From NCBI RefSeq assembly GCF_006345805.1, contig NC_042997.1, forward strand, positions 107,136,001-107,200,000: 64,000 nucleotides of DNA. Reading direction: 5' to 3'. Numbering within the stretch: position 1 is the first letter of the stretch; every line of letters begins with the position of its first letter. A program made the position numbers and the translations under genes. The DNA is from Octopus sinensis (taxonomy: Eukaryota). Below are positions 1-11,682 of this stretch, in pieces. The notes under the pieces were generated by a model that made no database searches, was not told where the DNA came from, and saw only the letters and a list, made by a program, of their open reading frames with translations.

Positions 1-2182
1 TTGCCTTTCGTCTATGCCTACATAGACGACATACTCGTGGCCAGTAACTCGGACGAAGAGCATAATCAACACCTTCACCTGCTATTCGAACGTTTACGTA
101 AATTCGGAATTGTTATCAACCCTACTAAATGTTTGTTCGGAGTTGCTTCCCTTCATTTTCTCGGCCATATAGTCGATAAAAATGGAATTCGTCCCCTTCC
201 CGAGAAAGTCAAGGCCATCGTGGATTTTCCACCACCCACATCTCTCCGCAAATTAAGGGAATATCTCGGTCTAGCGAATTTCTATCGACGGTTCGTGCCC
301 CACCTCGCTGAAATAGCGCAACCGCTCACGGATTTGCTACGTCAGCGAACCTGCAAAAACGCAGATATAGCTCTGACCGAAGATCAACTCGTTTCTTTCG
401 CTGCCCTGAAAAAAGCGTTATCTAGCGCTACCATGTTGGTTTATCCAAAACCAGACGCCCCACGATGTTTACTCGTTGATGCATCCGATTCCGGAATCGG
501 AGGTGTGCTACAACAGCTTGTTGACGGTATATGGCAACCGTTGTCTTTCTTTTCTAAGCGGTTAAAACCCGCGGAAACCAAATACAGCACATTCAGTCGG
601 GAATTATTGGCGGCATACCTGGCCGTTAAGCATTTCCGTCATATGCTAGAAGGTACCAATTTTGCCATATATACCGACCACAAGCCATTAGTATACGCAT
701 TTAACACCAAACCGGATCGCCATTCGCCGAGAGAAATTCGTCACCTCGACTTCATATCGCAGTACACGACGGATATACGCCACATCAAAGGGACGACCAA
801 CGTGGCAGCCGATGCACTTTCACGTGCGCAGATCAATGCTATCCACACCACGTCTACAATTGATCTGGCACGTATAGCAGCTGACCAGGAGAATGACGAA
901 GAACTTCTAAAGCTCCGGAATTCGTCATCTCTGAAATTTCAGCATGTTCCACTACCATCATCCACAGCCCATATATGGTGTGATATTTCCACTGGTTACC
1001 AACGCCCTTATGTACCACAGAAATATCGTCGAGAAGTTTTCTCCGCTCTACATTCTCTGTCACATCCTGGTATTCGCTCCACTCAAAAGCTAATATCGAC
1101 CCGTTTTGTGTGGACCAGTATCAACAAGGATATCAGAGAATGGACCAAGTGCTGTGTTGCGTGCCAAAAAGCGAAAATCCACCGGCACATAAAATCACCA
1201 ATCGGTTCATTTTCGCAGCCCGATGCACGATTTCAGCACGTTCACATTGATATCGTTGGACCCCTGCCACCTTCGCAGAACTATTCATATCTGCTAACTT
1301 GCGTAGATAGGTTCTCGCGATGGCCCGAAGCCTGGCCCCTATCTGATATATCAGCAGAAACGGTCGCTAAAACGCTGATATCACAATGGGTTTCGCGTTT
1401 TGGCACACCTGCAACAATTACCACCGACAGAGGACGTCAGTTCGATTCCCACCTTTTCACCGAGCTGACTCGTCTCCTCGGGTGTAAACACACCCGCACT
1501 ACAGCTTACCACCCTGCAGCAAATGGCATGGTGGAACGCTTTCACCGCCAACTCAAGGCATCTATAAAAGCAGCTCCAGACAGTTCTCACTGGTTGGAAC
1601 ATCTCCCTCTCATCCTCCTTGGAATTCGATCCACGATTAAGGAAGAACTGGGATATACTCCGGCCGAACTCGTTTATGGCACAACACTCACCTTACCTGG
1701 GCAGATGATCGAACCTGTTTCACAAAACTTCCCTGACCCACAACAATATGTGCACCGATTACGAACATCCATGTCGCAAGTATCACCCTCAGGCCCTAGA
1801 CAACAGAACGTCGTTTCACGTGTCCCAAAAGATATCAACACATGGACTCATGTCTTCGTGAGGAATGATGGGATACCCTCTCAACTTCGACCACCATATT
1901 CCGGGCCCTACAAGGTCATCAAAAGAGAACCCAAGTATTTCGTCCTCGATATTGGAGGTAAACGAAATACGGTCTCGATTGATCGTTTAAAAAAAAGCTT
2001 TCATCGAGGAGGACTTACATTCAGTCCCCTCTTTTCCTCAAACAGACTCGGCAACTCCAGCGAACACCACAGATTCTGCACAACCCCGACACACCAAATC
2101 AGGAAGAACAGTTCGATGGCCAGCAAGGTTTGTGCAAGTTTTTCGGGTAAGTTCTGAACTCCTAACGTATCCATCTTCCTAA
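1..2182 (+). CDS. pol: Gypsy Pol (partial): reverse transcriptase, RNase H, integrase; apparent +1 frameshift in the A8 run at 1989-1996
   Basis: YIDDILV (RT), [14 protein letters not shown] (RNase H), HSLSHPG...CVACQ (HHCC), HIDIVGPL / TDRGRQF / NGMVERFHR (DDE core). Removing one A gives DRLKKAFIEE...[14 protein letters not shown]..., stop at 2180-2182. Confidence 0.93.
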
Positions 2183-2737
2183 TGAACACATAACTGCATC
2201 ACCCACCCAGAGAAATCAAAGAACATTTGTGTACGTAAAGAAAAAAAAAATGAAAACAAAAACTGTCTGTATGAACTTTTACGGAACATTTCAAAATCGA
2301 ACTTTGCCGATGAACATTTCTTTCATTTTTGCATGTACATATTTTTTGTTTTCTCTTCAAAATGTTTGCTTTCTCATAAATATATTTTTTTGCTAACTGT
2401 ATATCCACACACATTTACAAATCTTGTTCTCATGCGTGCTATCACTCGATTTTTTTTTCGCCACTGAAAGATACCTTGTCTCTATTAGACCTCTAGTAGG
2501 TCGAGTAATCAATAGACGCACATCTCTTTCAACGCGCCAACATAATTCTGCCTGGGCACATATACATATTGCCCACCATATAGCACATACAAATTGTAAA
2601 CCTCATCCATATTTTTATCGTTCAATGTGTAAAAAAAAATTTTTTCTACATGCACACAATCAAAAAAAAAAAAAAATAATAAAAATAATAATAATAATAC
2701 ATTTCCAATATCGTTCGATCTCTGTGGCTTTCTCACT

Positions 2738-2750
2738 AGAAGGGGGGTAG
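2738..2750 (+). other. Polypurine tract (PPT)
   Basis: AGAAGGGGGGTAG directly abutting TGTAAG at 2751. Confidence 0.85.
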
Positions 2751-3335
2751 TGTAAGAATTAGCACTTCCTTCTCAAAGCTTGGATTCGAAATCAGACCCA
2801 AGAATCATTGGTCGTAAAATACCAATGCACAAAAAGGCGCGAAATCAGAATCTCTTTGTTCTGACAAAAAATGATGGATCGTCTCCCTTCGACCTCTGAC
2901 CCGAGCAGGTCAGGCGAAGTTTAACAGGACGACCAGCGACCTACTGTACGCAATAACACTCTTGCGGTATATCTATTTTTCTGGCTATTTGAGATGTTAT
3001 AAATAGAACGGAGAAATAGGTAACCAGAGAGAAGCCGAACCAACGTTTAAGAGAACGTCACGCATTTATGAGGACGACGAAAGAATATTCAGGAAGGTGA
3101 CTCTGTCATGCATGATTTACACACACGCACACACACACACCATCAAACATATTCTGCTTTAATGTGTATCCTGTATTATGCATTCCTTTAATATGTATTA
3201 TTTGCAACCACTATTTAATATGCATTTTGTACAAGCGATGTGTAACATTGCTTACAAATTGATGTAGTGATAATAAATCTTTAATTTATTACAAAGCACT
3301 TATGTATTTATTAATACATCCACGCATCCACTACA
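2751..3335 (+). repeat. 3' LTR, ~585 bp
   Basis: Starts TGTAAG after the PPT; AATAAA at 3272-3277; ends CCACTACA (TGTA...TACA termini). The right boundary is inferred because the second LTR is not in the window. Confidence 0.7.
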
Positions 3336-3999
3336 GAGTGATTCATGTCGCCGATGTCGTTGGATATTGCTAACCTCTTTGCACCGAGCTACACCACGTC
3401 TCGGATACTGGATCATGTCTTTCGCAAGAATAGATACAACAGACCGGAGTGTGGTAACTGTTCTCTTAAGCAAGTTTCTCCGAAGAGAATCACTAATCGT
3501 AAACTAACGATGGTTTTCACCTCGTCGATTGAACGGATGGCCGCCTGATGATAGTTTGTTTTTTTTTTTTCGCATGATCGGACGGTGACGGTAAGCGGAT
3601 TGATTTCGGATCACCGTTTGAGCAATTCCACTGAAACACGGTCGCACTCGCCAAAATTGGCGGGATGTTTATATTGTGGCCCACGAAAGAGACGGTTATC
3701 TGCGTCAGAGAAGCGGAAGCGAATCAACGGTTTGAATAATACTCGAACATACACACGCAAGAAGCGACCTTTGCAACTTCATTTTATTGTCCAATGAAGG
3801 ACGGAAAGAAAATTTGACTGAAACAGGTATCAATTCAATATTGAACCTCAACGAAAGAATTTAATTAACAACATTAAGGGAAGTATTACTGCTTATTCTA
3901 CAAGAGTTATTGCCCTTGAACTGTTAAATTAAAGTTTTCATCTTCAGGGCGATGATATCCAGTATTGCAGCTGTGATGGTTCCGTATGTATGAGTGTAC

Positions 4000-4005
4000 A
4001 TATAT

Positions 4006-4065
<60 letters not shown>

Positions 4066-4073
4066 ATACACAC

Positions 4074-4137
<64 letters not shown>
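4000..4137. repeat. (TA)n/(CA)n compound microsatellite
   Basis: Direct reading. Confidence 0.95.
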
Positions 4138-4144
<7 letters not shown>

Positions 4145-5310
4145 GTGAATTGAAGAAATGGAGCTGAACGCAGATTGAACAGAAATCGTTTTATTTCATT
4201 CTACACGTGTTTCGAAAGGCACAAATTACCAAAATCCGATTGAATAATTGGACCATATTGTGTCTTTCTCTTCAGAAGAAAAAAGGAAATCCGTTGGAAA
4301 AACAAAAACAGAACAGAGGCGGAGCAAAAACAAATCGAACTAAGCTCCTAAGAGCCCATGGCGAAACTGTTTATCAGTGTATGTTGAGAACCGGTGGCTG
4401 AAGAATTCAACGGGTCAGGCATCGGTCAATCATGTGGGTGAGGGTGTATAGATGTTCTTTGTGACCGAGAATAAAGTTCTGACTATTTAAGGAATATTGG
4501 ATGTTTTATAAGGGGCGAGAAAAAATCTACTTAGAGACGTGTGTGTGTGTATACTGTTCTATATATGTGTGTGTTGGCGTAGGGGTAGAAAACATTTTTT
4601 GTGTACGTGTGTGCGTTTGATCGTTCGGCTGTCAGTGGCTACTGCCGTGATAACCGTTGGGTGGCAGAAAGAAAAAAATATATATATATTATGTTTTATG
4701 TGTGTGTGTGTTCATCTAAGCCTGCCTTATCAAGGAAACCCCCCGCTGTGAAAAAACCAAGCCCCGTTTGTCTTACAGGAGTAATTCCCCTTGCAGTGGT
4801 TAATCGTAGATATCTTAAAGGCTATTTCAGAATTTGTTACCAAGGGCTATGGGTGCCGGTATTATTTATAAACGCTATTTGAAAGCCAGATAAGTGTAAC
4901 GCCGCCAATGGGGGCATCGAAAAGCCGACTGTAAGAGCCCGTTTTCCATCCGGCCTCTGGCAAACAAAATATGGAAGAGTTCGGAGACACAAAGGTTGCA
5001 CTGTCTTCTGCCCCTATCAAATGGGAGGGCCACCGACAAAATTGACCATTCCAGCCTATAGCTTAAGTTCGTATCCTTCAGTCGCCATATTAGCTTACTG
5101 AGTCCCGTGGTCTGGCGCTTGTTCACGTCCCGAAAAGTTGCGTAATGGTTGGAGACACGCAAAGACAATCTTGAGGATGATGCCCCTACATAAGTGAAGA
5201 CATCTGAGTCCGTGTAAACCTTGCATTGGTAGACGGCGTTTTTGATCTTGGAGTTCGCCGACGTGAATCTTAATCTGCGTTCAGCTCCATTTCTTCAATT
5301 CACCAATAAT
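4138..5310 (-). mobile_element. 5'-truncated Penelope-like element (GIY-YIG endonuclease end plus pLTR) with a 39-bp inverted terminal copy
   Basis: Minus frame 5270-4875 reads NAVYQCKVYTDSDVFTYVGASS...NH...LSKLIWRLK...CNLCVSELFHIL. 4138-4176 is the exact reverse complement of 5272-5310. Confidence 0.85.
4202..4275 (-). ncRNA. Type I hammerhead ribozyme motif (PLE-associated)
   Basis: Minus strand: CTGAAGA, stem II GAAAGACACAA/TTGTGCCTTTC (10/11 bp, G-C closing pair), GAAAC, palindromic loop ACGT, GTA cleavage triplet. Stem I is weak. Confidence 0.65.
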
Positions 5311-5444
5311 GTTTTAATTTCAATTATCCGCACCAACGCCAGATGGTTGTACCTCCAACCGTGCTGTTTACTGCTGTGATTTTTGCTACTAAGGTATCGG
5401 TTAAACTTTTGATTAATCTACTACAAGATTATTCATCTTTCTAT

Positions 5445-5476
5445 TTCACATAATATATATATATATATATACACAC

Positions 5477-5507
<31 letters not shown>

Positions 5508-5660
5508 ATATATATATATATACACACATATATATATATATACACACATATATATATATGCACACACACACACACACATACATAAATATATATATACTCA
5601 CATACATACATATATAAATACATACATACATATATACACACACACACACACATATATATA
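5445..5660. repeat. (TA)n/(CA)n/(TACA)n microsatellite
   Basis: Direct reading. Confidence 0.95.
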
Positions 5661-5796
5661 TATTATATTAAATTAGAGATAAAACCACTATTAGGCAAAT
5701 CATACAATGAAAAACTTAAGCCAATACATAAGATTAATTAATTTATATTATTTAAATATATATCAAAATTATTAAAAAAGATAATTAATATAACAC

Positions 5797-5854
5797 TACG
5801 ATCGTTTCATGGCTGTTCAATTCTTAAAATTTTCGAGTTACAGTCATTCTTCAG
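5797..5854 (-). ncRNA. Mirror-image hammerhead motif in the left palindrome arm
   Basis: Exact reverse complement of the 5909-5966 motif. Confidence 0.7.
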
Positions 5855-5908
5855 GTGGTTTACATATTTAACTTGATTAAACTTCGCCAAGTTAAATATG
5901 TAAACCAC

Positions 5909-5966
5909 CTGAAGAATGACTGTAACTCGAAAATTTTAAGAATTGAACAGCCATGAAACGATCGTA
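5909..5966 (+). ncRNA. Hammerhead ribozyme motif in the right palindrome arm
   Basis: CTGAAGA (5909-5915), stem II ATGACTGT/ACAGCCAT (7/8), GAAAC (5955-5959), loop GATC, GTA (5964-5966); stem I CAC/GTG extended by AA/TT. Confidence 0.7.
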
Positions 5967-6876
5967 GTGTTATATTAATTATCTTTTTTAATAATTTTGA
6001 TATATATTTAAATAATATAAATTAATTAATCTTATGTATTGGCTTAAGTTTTTCATTGTATGATTTGCCTAATAGTGGTTTTATTTCTAATTTAATATAA
6101 TATAATATTTTACTATAAAATTGGATTCAAACCTAAATCTGATTTTTCCCTGTAAGTTTGGATTTATTCCCTAATATTTTATTATATATATATATATATG
6201 TATATATATATACAGAGGTGAGAGAGGCAGAAATACACACAGACAGACAGATTCAACACATGATCTCAAGAGATTCTCAATGTAGAAAACACTTAGCAGC
6301 TACCAAACAGATTCAACTTACACTCCAAAAGCTTTACCGAGACCAAGTCCCCGACATGAAGACTTGTTGCAACAGAAATCCATGGATACACGGAGATAAA
6401 GACAAAGCAGAGAGTGGAACATTTTCAGTCTTTGCTTCCTCTCTAACTTCTATCCATTGATATTTATTTTACATATCAATCGCAAGAAGTTTTACATGTT
6501 TATTTGCATCATTCTCTCACTTTTTGTCTCTCTTTCTCTCTTTGTATCGGTGTTTGCCCCCATTATGTAGCGGTTCGGCAAAAGAAATCCGATAGAATAA
6601 GACATAGGCTAAAGAAAAATTACCGGAGTAAATTATTTTGGATTAAACCTTTACAAATTGTTGCCTCAGCATGATTGCAGTTTAATAACTGACTCACGGA
6701 AAACAAAAGATATGCATACATACATACATACAGAACCAGAATTTAGCATGGTATTATCCATATAATTCAAAATGAGGTGATTATAATCAAAATAAGCAAC
6801 AAGGATATCCATCCAGACGTAATGCAGTACGATCGTTTCATGCGACTCCATTTAATGGAATATATATATATAAAAT

Positions 6877-7412
6877 TATAAATTAGGGTATCTACGAGAT
6901 ACCACCATGCTGAAAATAGCAGCCATGAACCGACTCCAAAACCACCTTAAGTTTTCATATAGCAACATGGAGAACAGACAAAGAGACAAGATGAAACTAG
7001 TAAAAAATGACTGGATAATTCTAGATCCTGGATTTCTGACTTTGAATTTAGTAATGCTTTGCCTCGTCAGTAGAATACACTCAGAAAGAAACATAAATAC
7101 ATATATATAAATACAACATACGAATACTTTTATATACGAACGTAACGTATACATACATATATATGCATGTATGCATCAAGGCTAGTACAAAATGCCCGCT
7201 AATTCCATATGCTATATGGTAAAATATCACCGCAGTAGATACAGTGACGAAATAAATTTAAATTTATATAAATAAGGATAAGATCGTTAATTTAAAATAA
7301 AATAACGAACTTATCAAATGGTCAGCATGGGGAAAAAATAACCTTCAAGGAATTAATTTACAGTTGTTTCATGGCTGCTATTTTCAGCATGGTGATACCC
7401 TAATTTATAATT
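6877..7412. repeat. ~50-bp inverted repeat (6877-6930 vs 7366-7412) around a ~430-bp spacer, PLE-like
   Basis: AATTATAAATTAGGGTATC...CACCATGCTGAAAATAGCAGCCATGAA is inverted at 7368-7412; the left copy has a 10-nt insert. Confidence 0.7.
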
Positions 7413-7859
7413 TTAATAATTATTACCTTTGAAGGTTATGTTTTTCCATGTGTGTATATATATACATCTTTTGTTTTCCTTCTCACATAAATTGAATACC
7501 CGGTTTGGACTACCAAGAACTGTAGTTAAGCTGTGATCTTTGTGGATTTTAAAATGTTCGCAAATGAAATTTGGTACAGCAATAGAAATTTCACAAATTA
7601 TGCTCACACACAAAAGATATTGTTGAGATTCATTTTCTCGTTGGTAATAACATTTTTCTTTAATTTTGTTTTCAGTTTTGATTGGGTCATCCTGGTTTCT
7701 TCAAAACTTTCACTGCAATTTTGTTTGCCATTCAACTCAGTCTGAAGCAAGTGTTTCTATGGCTTTTGAATCAATTCCAACTTACACTCCATGTGATTTC
7801 CTTATACAGTCCTTAATATACCCCTCTCTCTCTCTCTTAATATATATATATATATATAG

Positions 7860-8240
7860 TTGTGTCTGTATATTTGAATAAGATTATTTTCTCTATTTAT
7901 TCGATTCGTGTTTGGTCTATGGTGTTGTCTGGGCATTGGTATAGTGGAGAAACTAAGAATTTGGGGGACTTATTGTATGCACAGAGGTCTAAGTGTCCAC
8001 TAAGTGGTATCTGTCTTGTGGTGGGGTCCCTCAGTTGTTGGCGGTGAACTGTCATCCTTTCTCTGGGGGTAAGGCTCGTTTGCCCTATGTAGACTTCGTG
8101 GCACCCTTCAAACCTTATGACATAGACTAAATTTTTTGATGCGCAGGTGAAATTCTTGAGAATGTATATATTTGTTGTAATCTTTTGTGCCCAATATTTC
8201 AATGAACTTGTTAAAATTTTTTATGTTCTTAACATGCTCT
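7860..8240 (-). pseudogene. Penelope-like GIY-YIG endonuclease remnant
   Basis: NFTCASKNLVYVIRFEGCHEVYIGQTSLTPRERMTVHRQQLRD...PLSGHLDLC. Confidence 0.85.
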
Positions 8241-8354
8241 TGTCACCAAAGATTGTATATATATGTATTGTAGTACTCTGTGACAACCAATATTGTGTGT
8301 GTGTTTGGATATACAGATGCAATACCAATATCCCACTGAACTTTTTATAGGCCT

Positions 8355-8635
8355 GCGCCTATAAATCGATATATTTTTTAGAAACATATGTAAGTATATC
8401 CAAATCGATATCGATATAATGACTCATATGGCACACACGAATTACTTCCTAGGATCAAACTCTGTCTGGAATAGCAGAATCGAAATGAATAATTAGTGAT
8501 AATATGAAGTAATTGGCTTCATTATGAAATAATTAACAAGTAAGTTACTCTGCTTACTTTGAAGAACTTCCCAATTTATCCCTAACTGAAGTCGATGATT
8601 CACACGCATTTAACAAGTGACAACTCCCTACTACT
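8355..8635 (+). repeat. Duplicated block Z (inverted copy at ~37298-37577)
   Basis: ~280 bp matching the reverse complement at roughly 90% by eye. Confidence 0.85.
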
Positions 8636-8903
8636 GTTGGCGCCATTCTCTCTTTCTACCCTCTCTCTCTCTCTTACAAGTAACACATACTCGCTCAGTA
8701 TCTCTCTATCGCTTATTGTCTCTCTCCCAATCAATCGCAATCACTCTTTCTCTCTCTCTCTGTTAACACATCACATTGACAAGTGATCGCATATATGTAA
8801 TTATGTACGCATAGATTTATGAATTTGTGTATGTTCCCTTTGTCTTTTTAATTTAGAAAGATGTTTGACTGAACATCTGTTTGGTAGCTGCATGTATGTA
8901 TGT

Positions 8904-8935
<32 letters not shown>

Positions 8936-9890
8936 GGGTTAACATGCAGTTTCCACACATAAAATAGTGAAAGCAAATTGCCCCTAAAAAAAAATGAAAG
9001 CATACTTTGATAGAAACCTGGAGCTGATAACGGTGACATCCCAGAATTTCATGCAAACAATGTATGTAATTATAACTAATGTATCCAATATATAAACGTA
9101 AATATATTTGATATGAAAACTGTACATGTATTTTATATAAGATGGAAACAATCACATTTGCAGGAAACCATAAAGAGTTATTGATGCACGAAATTAGATT
9201 CATAAAGATTTATTCTCGATCTCTAAAATTATTTCATTGCGGATGTTCAAGAACATGTGGAGTGAATAAATGATCACTGGGCACAATGTCTGTCTGTGTG
9301 ATAAAAAGCTTGCTTTTCAACCACCAAGTTCCAAGTTCAGTCCTACTGCATGTTACCTTGGGCAAGTATCTTCTAATACAGCCTCAGACCAACCAAAGAC
9401 TTATGAGTGGATTTGGTAGGCAGAAACTGAAAGAAGCTTGTCAAACATATGTGTGTGTGTGTGTGTGTGAGTGTTCCTGCATCTGTTTATCTCTGAATGA
9501 TCACTTGACGATCTGTGTTACTTTATTTAGCTCTCTGTAACTTAGTGGTTCAGCAAAAGGAACCACAAAAATGAGTACTAGGCTAAAAAATAAATCTCGA
9601 TGCCGATTTGTTCAAAGGCAGTGCTCCAGCATGGCCATGGTCAAGTGACTGATACAAGTAAAATAGTAATTCCGCATTGTTACTTTTCTTCTTGATGAAC
9701 ATCCATCGCCCTTCTATGGATGCTGTCATCATTTGGATCAACAAAACTGAGTGAATCGATGACAATTTAATGAGTATACAAGTTGCTGAAACCCACACAG
9801 GACCACCCCAATCGAATATTAAACATGTTTCATCAAATATTCGTATATTACTGTTGTCACTTCTGGTTTCCATTGTGAAATACACTTTTT
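8936..9890. mobile_element. Old MITE-like element with GATAGAAACCGGAAGT-type terminal inverted cores, containing a nested SINE
   Basis: Homologous to 32130-33044 (inverted), 56149-56946 and a stub at 17148-17210. Confidence 0.6.
9286..9663 (+). mobile_element. tRNA-derived SINE (paralogous copy at ~32372-32695, minus)
   Basis: CAAGTTCAGTCC B-box-like head, CTTGGGCAAGT / GAGTGGATTTGGTAG core, GTGCTCCAGCATGGCC tail. Confidence 0.8.
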
Positions 9891-11682
9891 GAAGCAACAT
9901 ACTTTTACAGGAATAAACAAAAGAAAAAGCATTAAAAGCAAAAAAGATTAAACCCCTCCCCACCCATTTTCTACTGGTTAATCCCGCCCCAATTCTTTCA
10001 CTCAGTTTGTTTCGTCAGAGAGGTACTTCCCTCTTTCTCTCTCAATAATTTCATCTTTTTATACTTTTCATGTTTTCTCTTTCATCTTTTCCTATAAAAA
10101 TATGTTGCCAAATAGAAAATTATATTCTATTATACGATCAAAAACAAAATCATCCACTTTCCATCCTTTTACGACAGTATACTACATTATACCCAAGAAT
10201 TGTAATGGTGTTCAGTGTCTTACAAGCAGGTAGGAATCAGATTTTCATAACTTTTTGATGAAAGGCTTCCTCATTGCCATCATTTTCAAATGCGTGGTGA
10301 AGATAATCTAAACCCCACCCTCACTCAAAACTAATAATATCCAACTTATATCGATGAGCTAATCTGACACTCCGCCTTATTTTTCAGCATAATTTTAAAT
10401 CTACAAGTATGAGGAAATAAAGTCGACATATATAAATTATCTATAACCTCCATTCAATTGTACTTTTCTTTTCACAACAAATTCCTACATAATCCTTATA
10501 TACACAGTAGCAAGTCATAAAAGGCGGCAATATGACGTAATGGTCATGTTGCCTGAACAAGCATAATTGTTGGTAATCTCATTGGTTAAAATGACTGCCC
10601 AGATACGAATTCTAAATTTTCGTCAATGAAATCTTTCATGAAATACAGTTCTTAGAATTCGGATATGAGCAGTTATAAAAGCCCTGATTTTTGAGAAATT
10701 ACTCAGTGTTTGTTGGATGTTACTAAACTCCACGTCACTCACAATAGTGATAGTTGGATGCACTAAACTCCACGGCAGTTTTAAGTCGTAATTCTCTACG
10801 ACAAAATGACTTTACTTTCCAATTGTACTATAAATGCTAAATGTACATTAAAAAACTAATGTAAGTATTTTCTCTTTCTTCACGTTCTTCAACTTTATTT
10901 CTGCAATTATGAAACTGTACTTTTTTTTTATAGGGATTAAAAGAACACGAATTTCTTTATCTTCAACATACATGCATGCATAAAATGTCCATTAGTGTTT
11001 CAGAGTATATATTTCTCGCTATGGCGCATATGTAGCTGGAGTCAGGATTTAGGTATAATAATAACACTTATAAGTAAGTTATAAGTGACGTGTTTATCAA
11101 TATATATTCCTACTTCAAAACTAAAATATATTTATTATCTATTTCCAAATAGGAAACATATAAAAGTAGTGTTACACAAACAGTAACAAAACCGACTATA
11201 AAAACACAATCTGAAAATTTTCATTTCAAATTACCCATTCATTTTTTGTGAAAGTTGTGAAGAAACAAATTACTATCTGGTGGGAACACATCGATAGTAA
11301 TTCCGAGAAACAATCGATAAATTAAAATAAAGTATTGGTTTCCAAACATTTCAGTGGTTGGAGTGTATTTTGAGAATATTCCTCAAACTAAAACATAAAA
11401 CAAACTAACCAGTCAGCGATGGAGAGGGAAGAAGATAGCTTCCATTGCTAGAAATAGCAGGCAAATATCAAATAAATCATAGGCATCGCTCTTCCATACC
11501 TGGACATATCAACAAAATATCACACAAATAATAGAATATCTCTTTCGTAACTAGAAATAGCAGCCAAATCCCGCACAAATTAAGGACATCTCTCATTCAA
11601 AAATCATAGAAAAGACACAACTGAGGCGCCAAAAACCGAAAGTCTACAAAATTAAAAACATTGAATATTTTCATTGTTTAAT

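Larger units (their letters stand above)
1..3335 (+). mobile_element. Ty3/Gypsy LTR retrotransposon, 3' part (pol, 3' untranslated region, PPT, 3' LTR); 5' end lies outside the window
   Basis: RT-RNaseH-integrase order in one ORF, followed by a purine tract and a TG...CA bounded repeat. Confidence 0.95.
5661..6102. repeat. Near-perfect palindrome: two 215-bp arms and a 12-nt loop (5876-5887)
   Basis: Left arm 5661-5875 is the reverse complement of 5888-6102, with about one mismatch near the outer end. Confidence 0.95.

Noticed and set aside
2424-2750. 108-aa ORF between pol and the LTR as a possible env or accessory gene
   Set aside because: Low-complexity translation of A/T runs with no signal peptide, transmembrane or fusion motifs; ends at the PPT.
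5441-5653. ORFs rich in Y/I/C/V (also 18279-18512, 39987-40199 and similar)
   Set aside because: Translations of TA/CA microsatellites.
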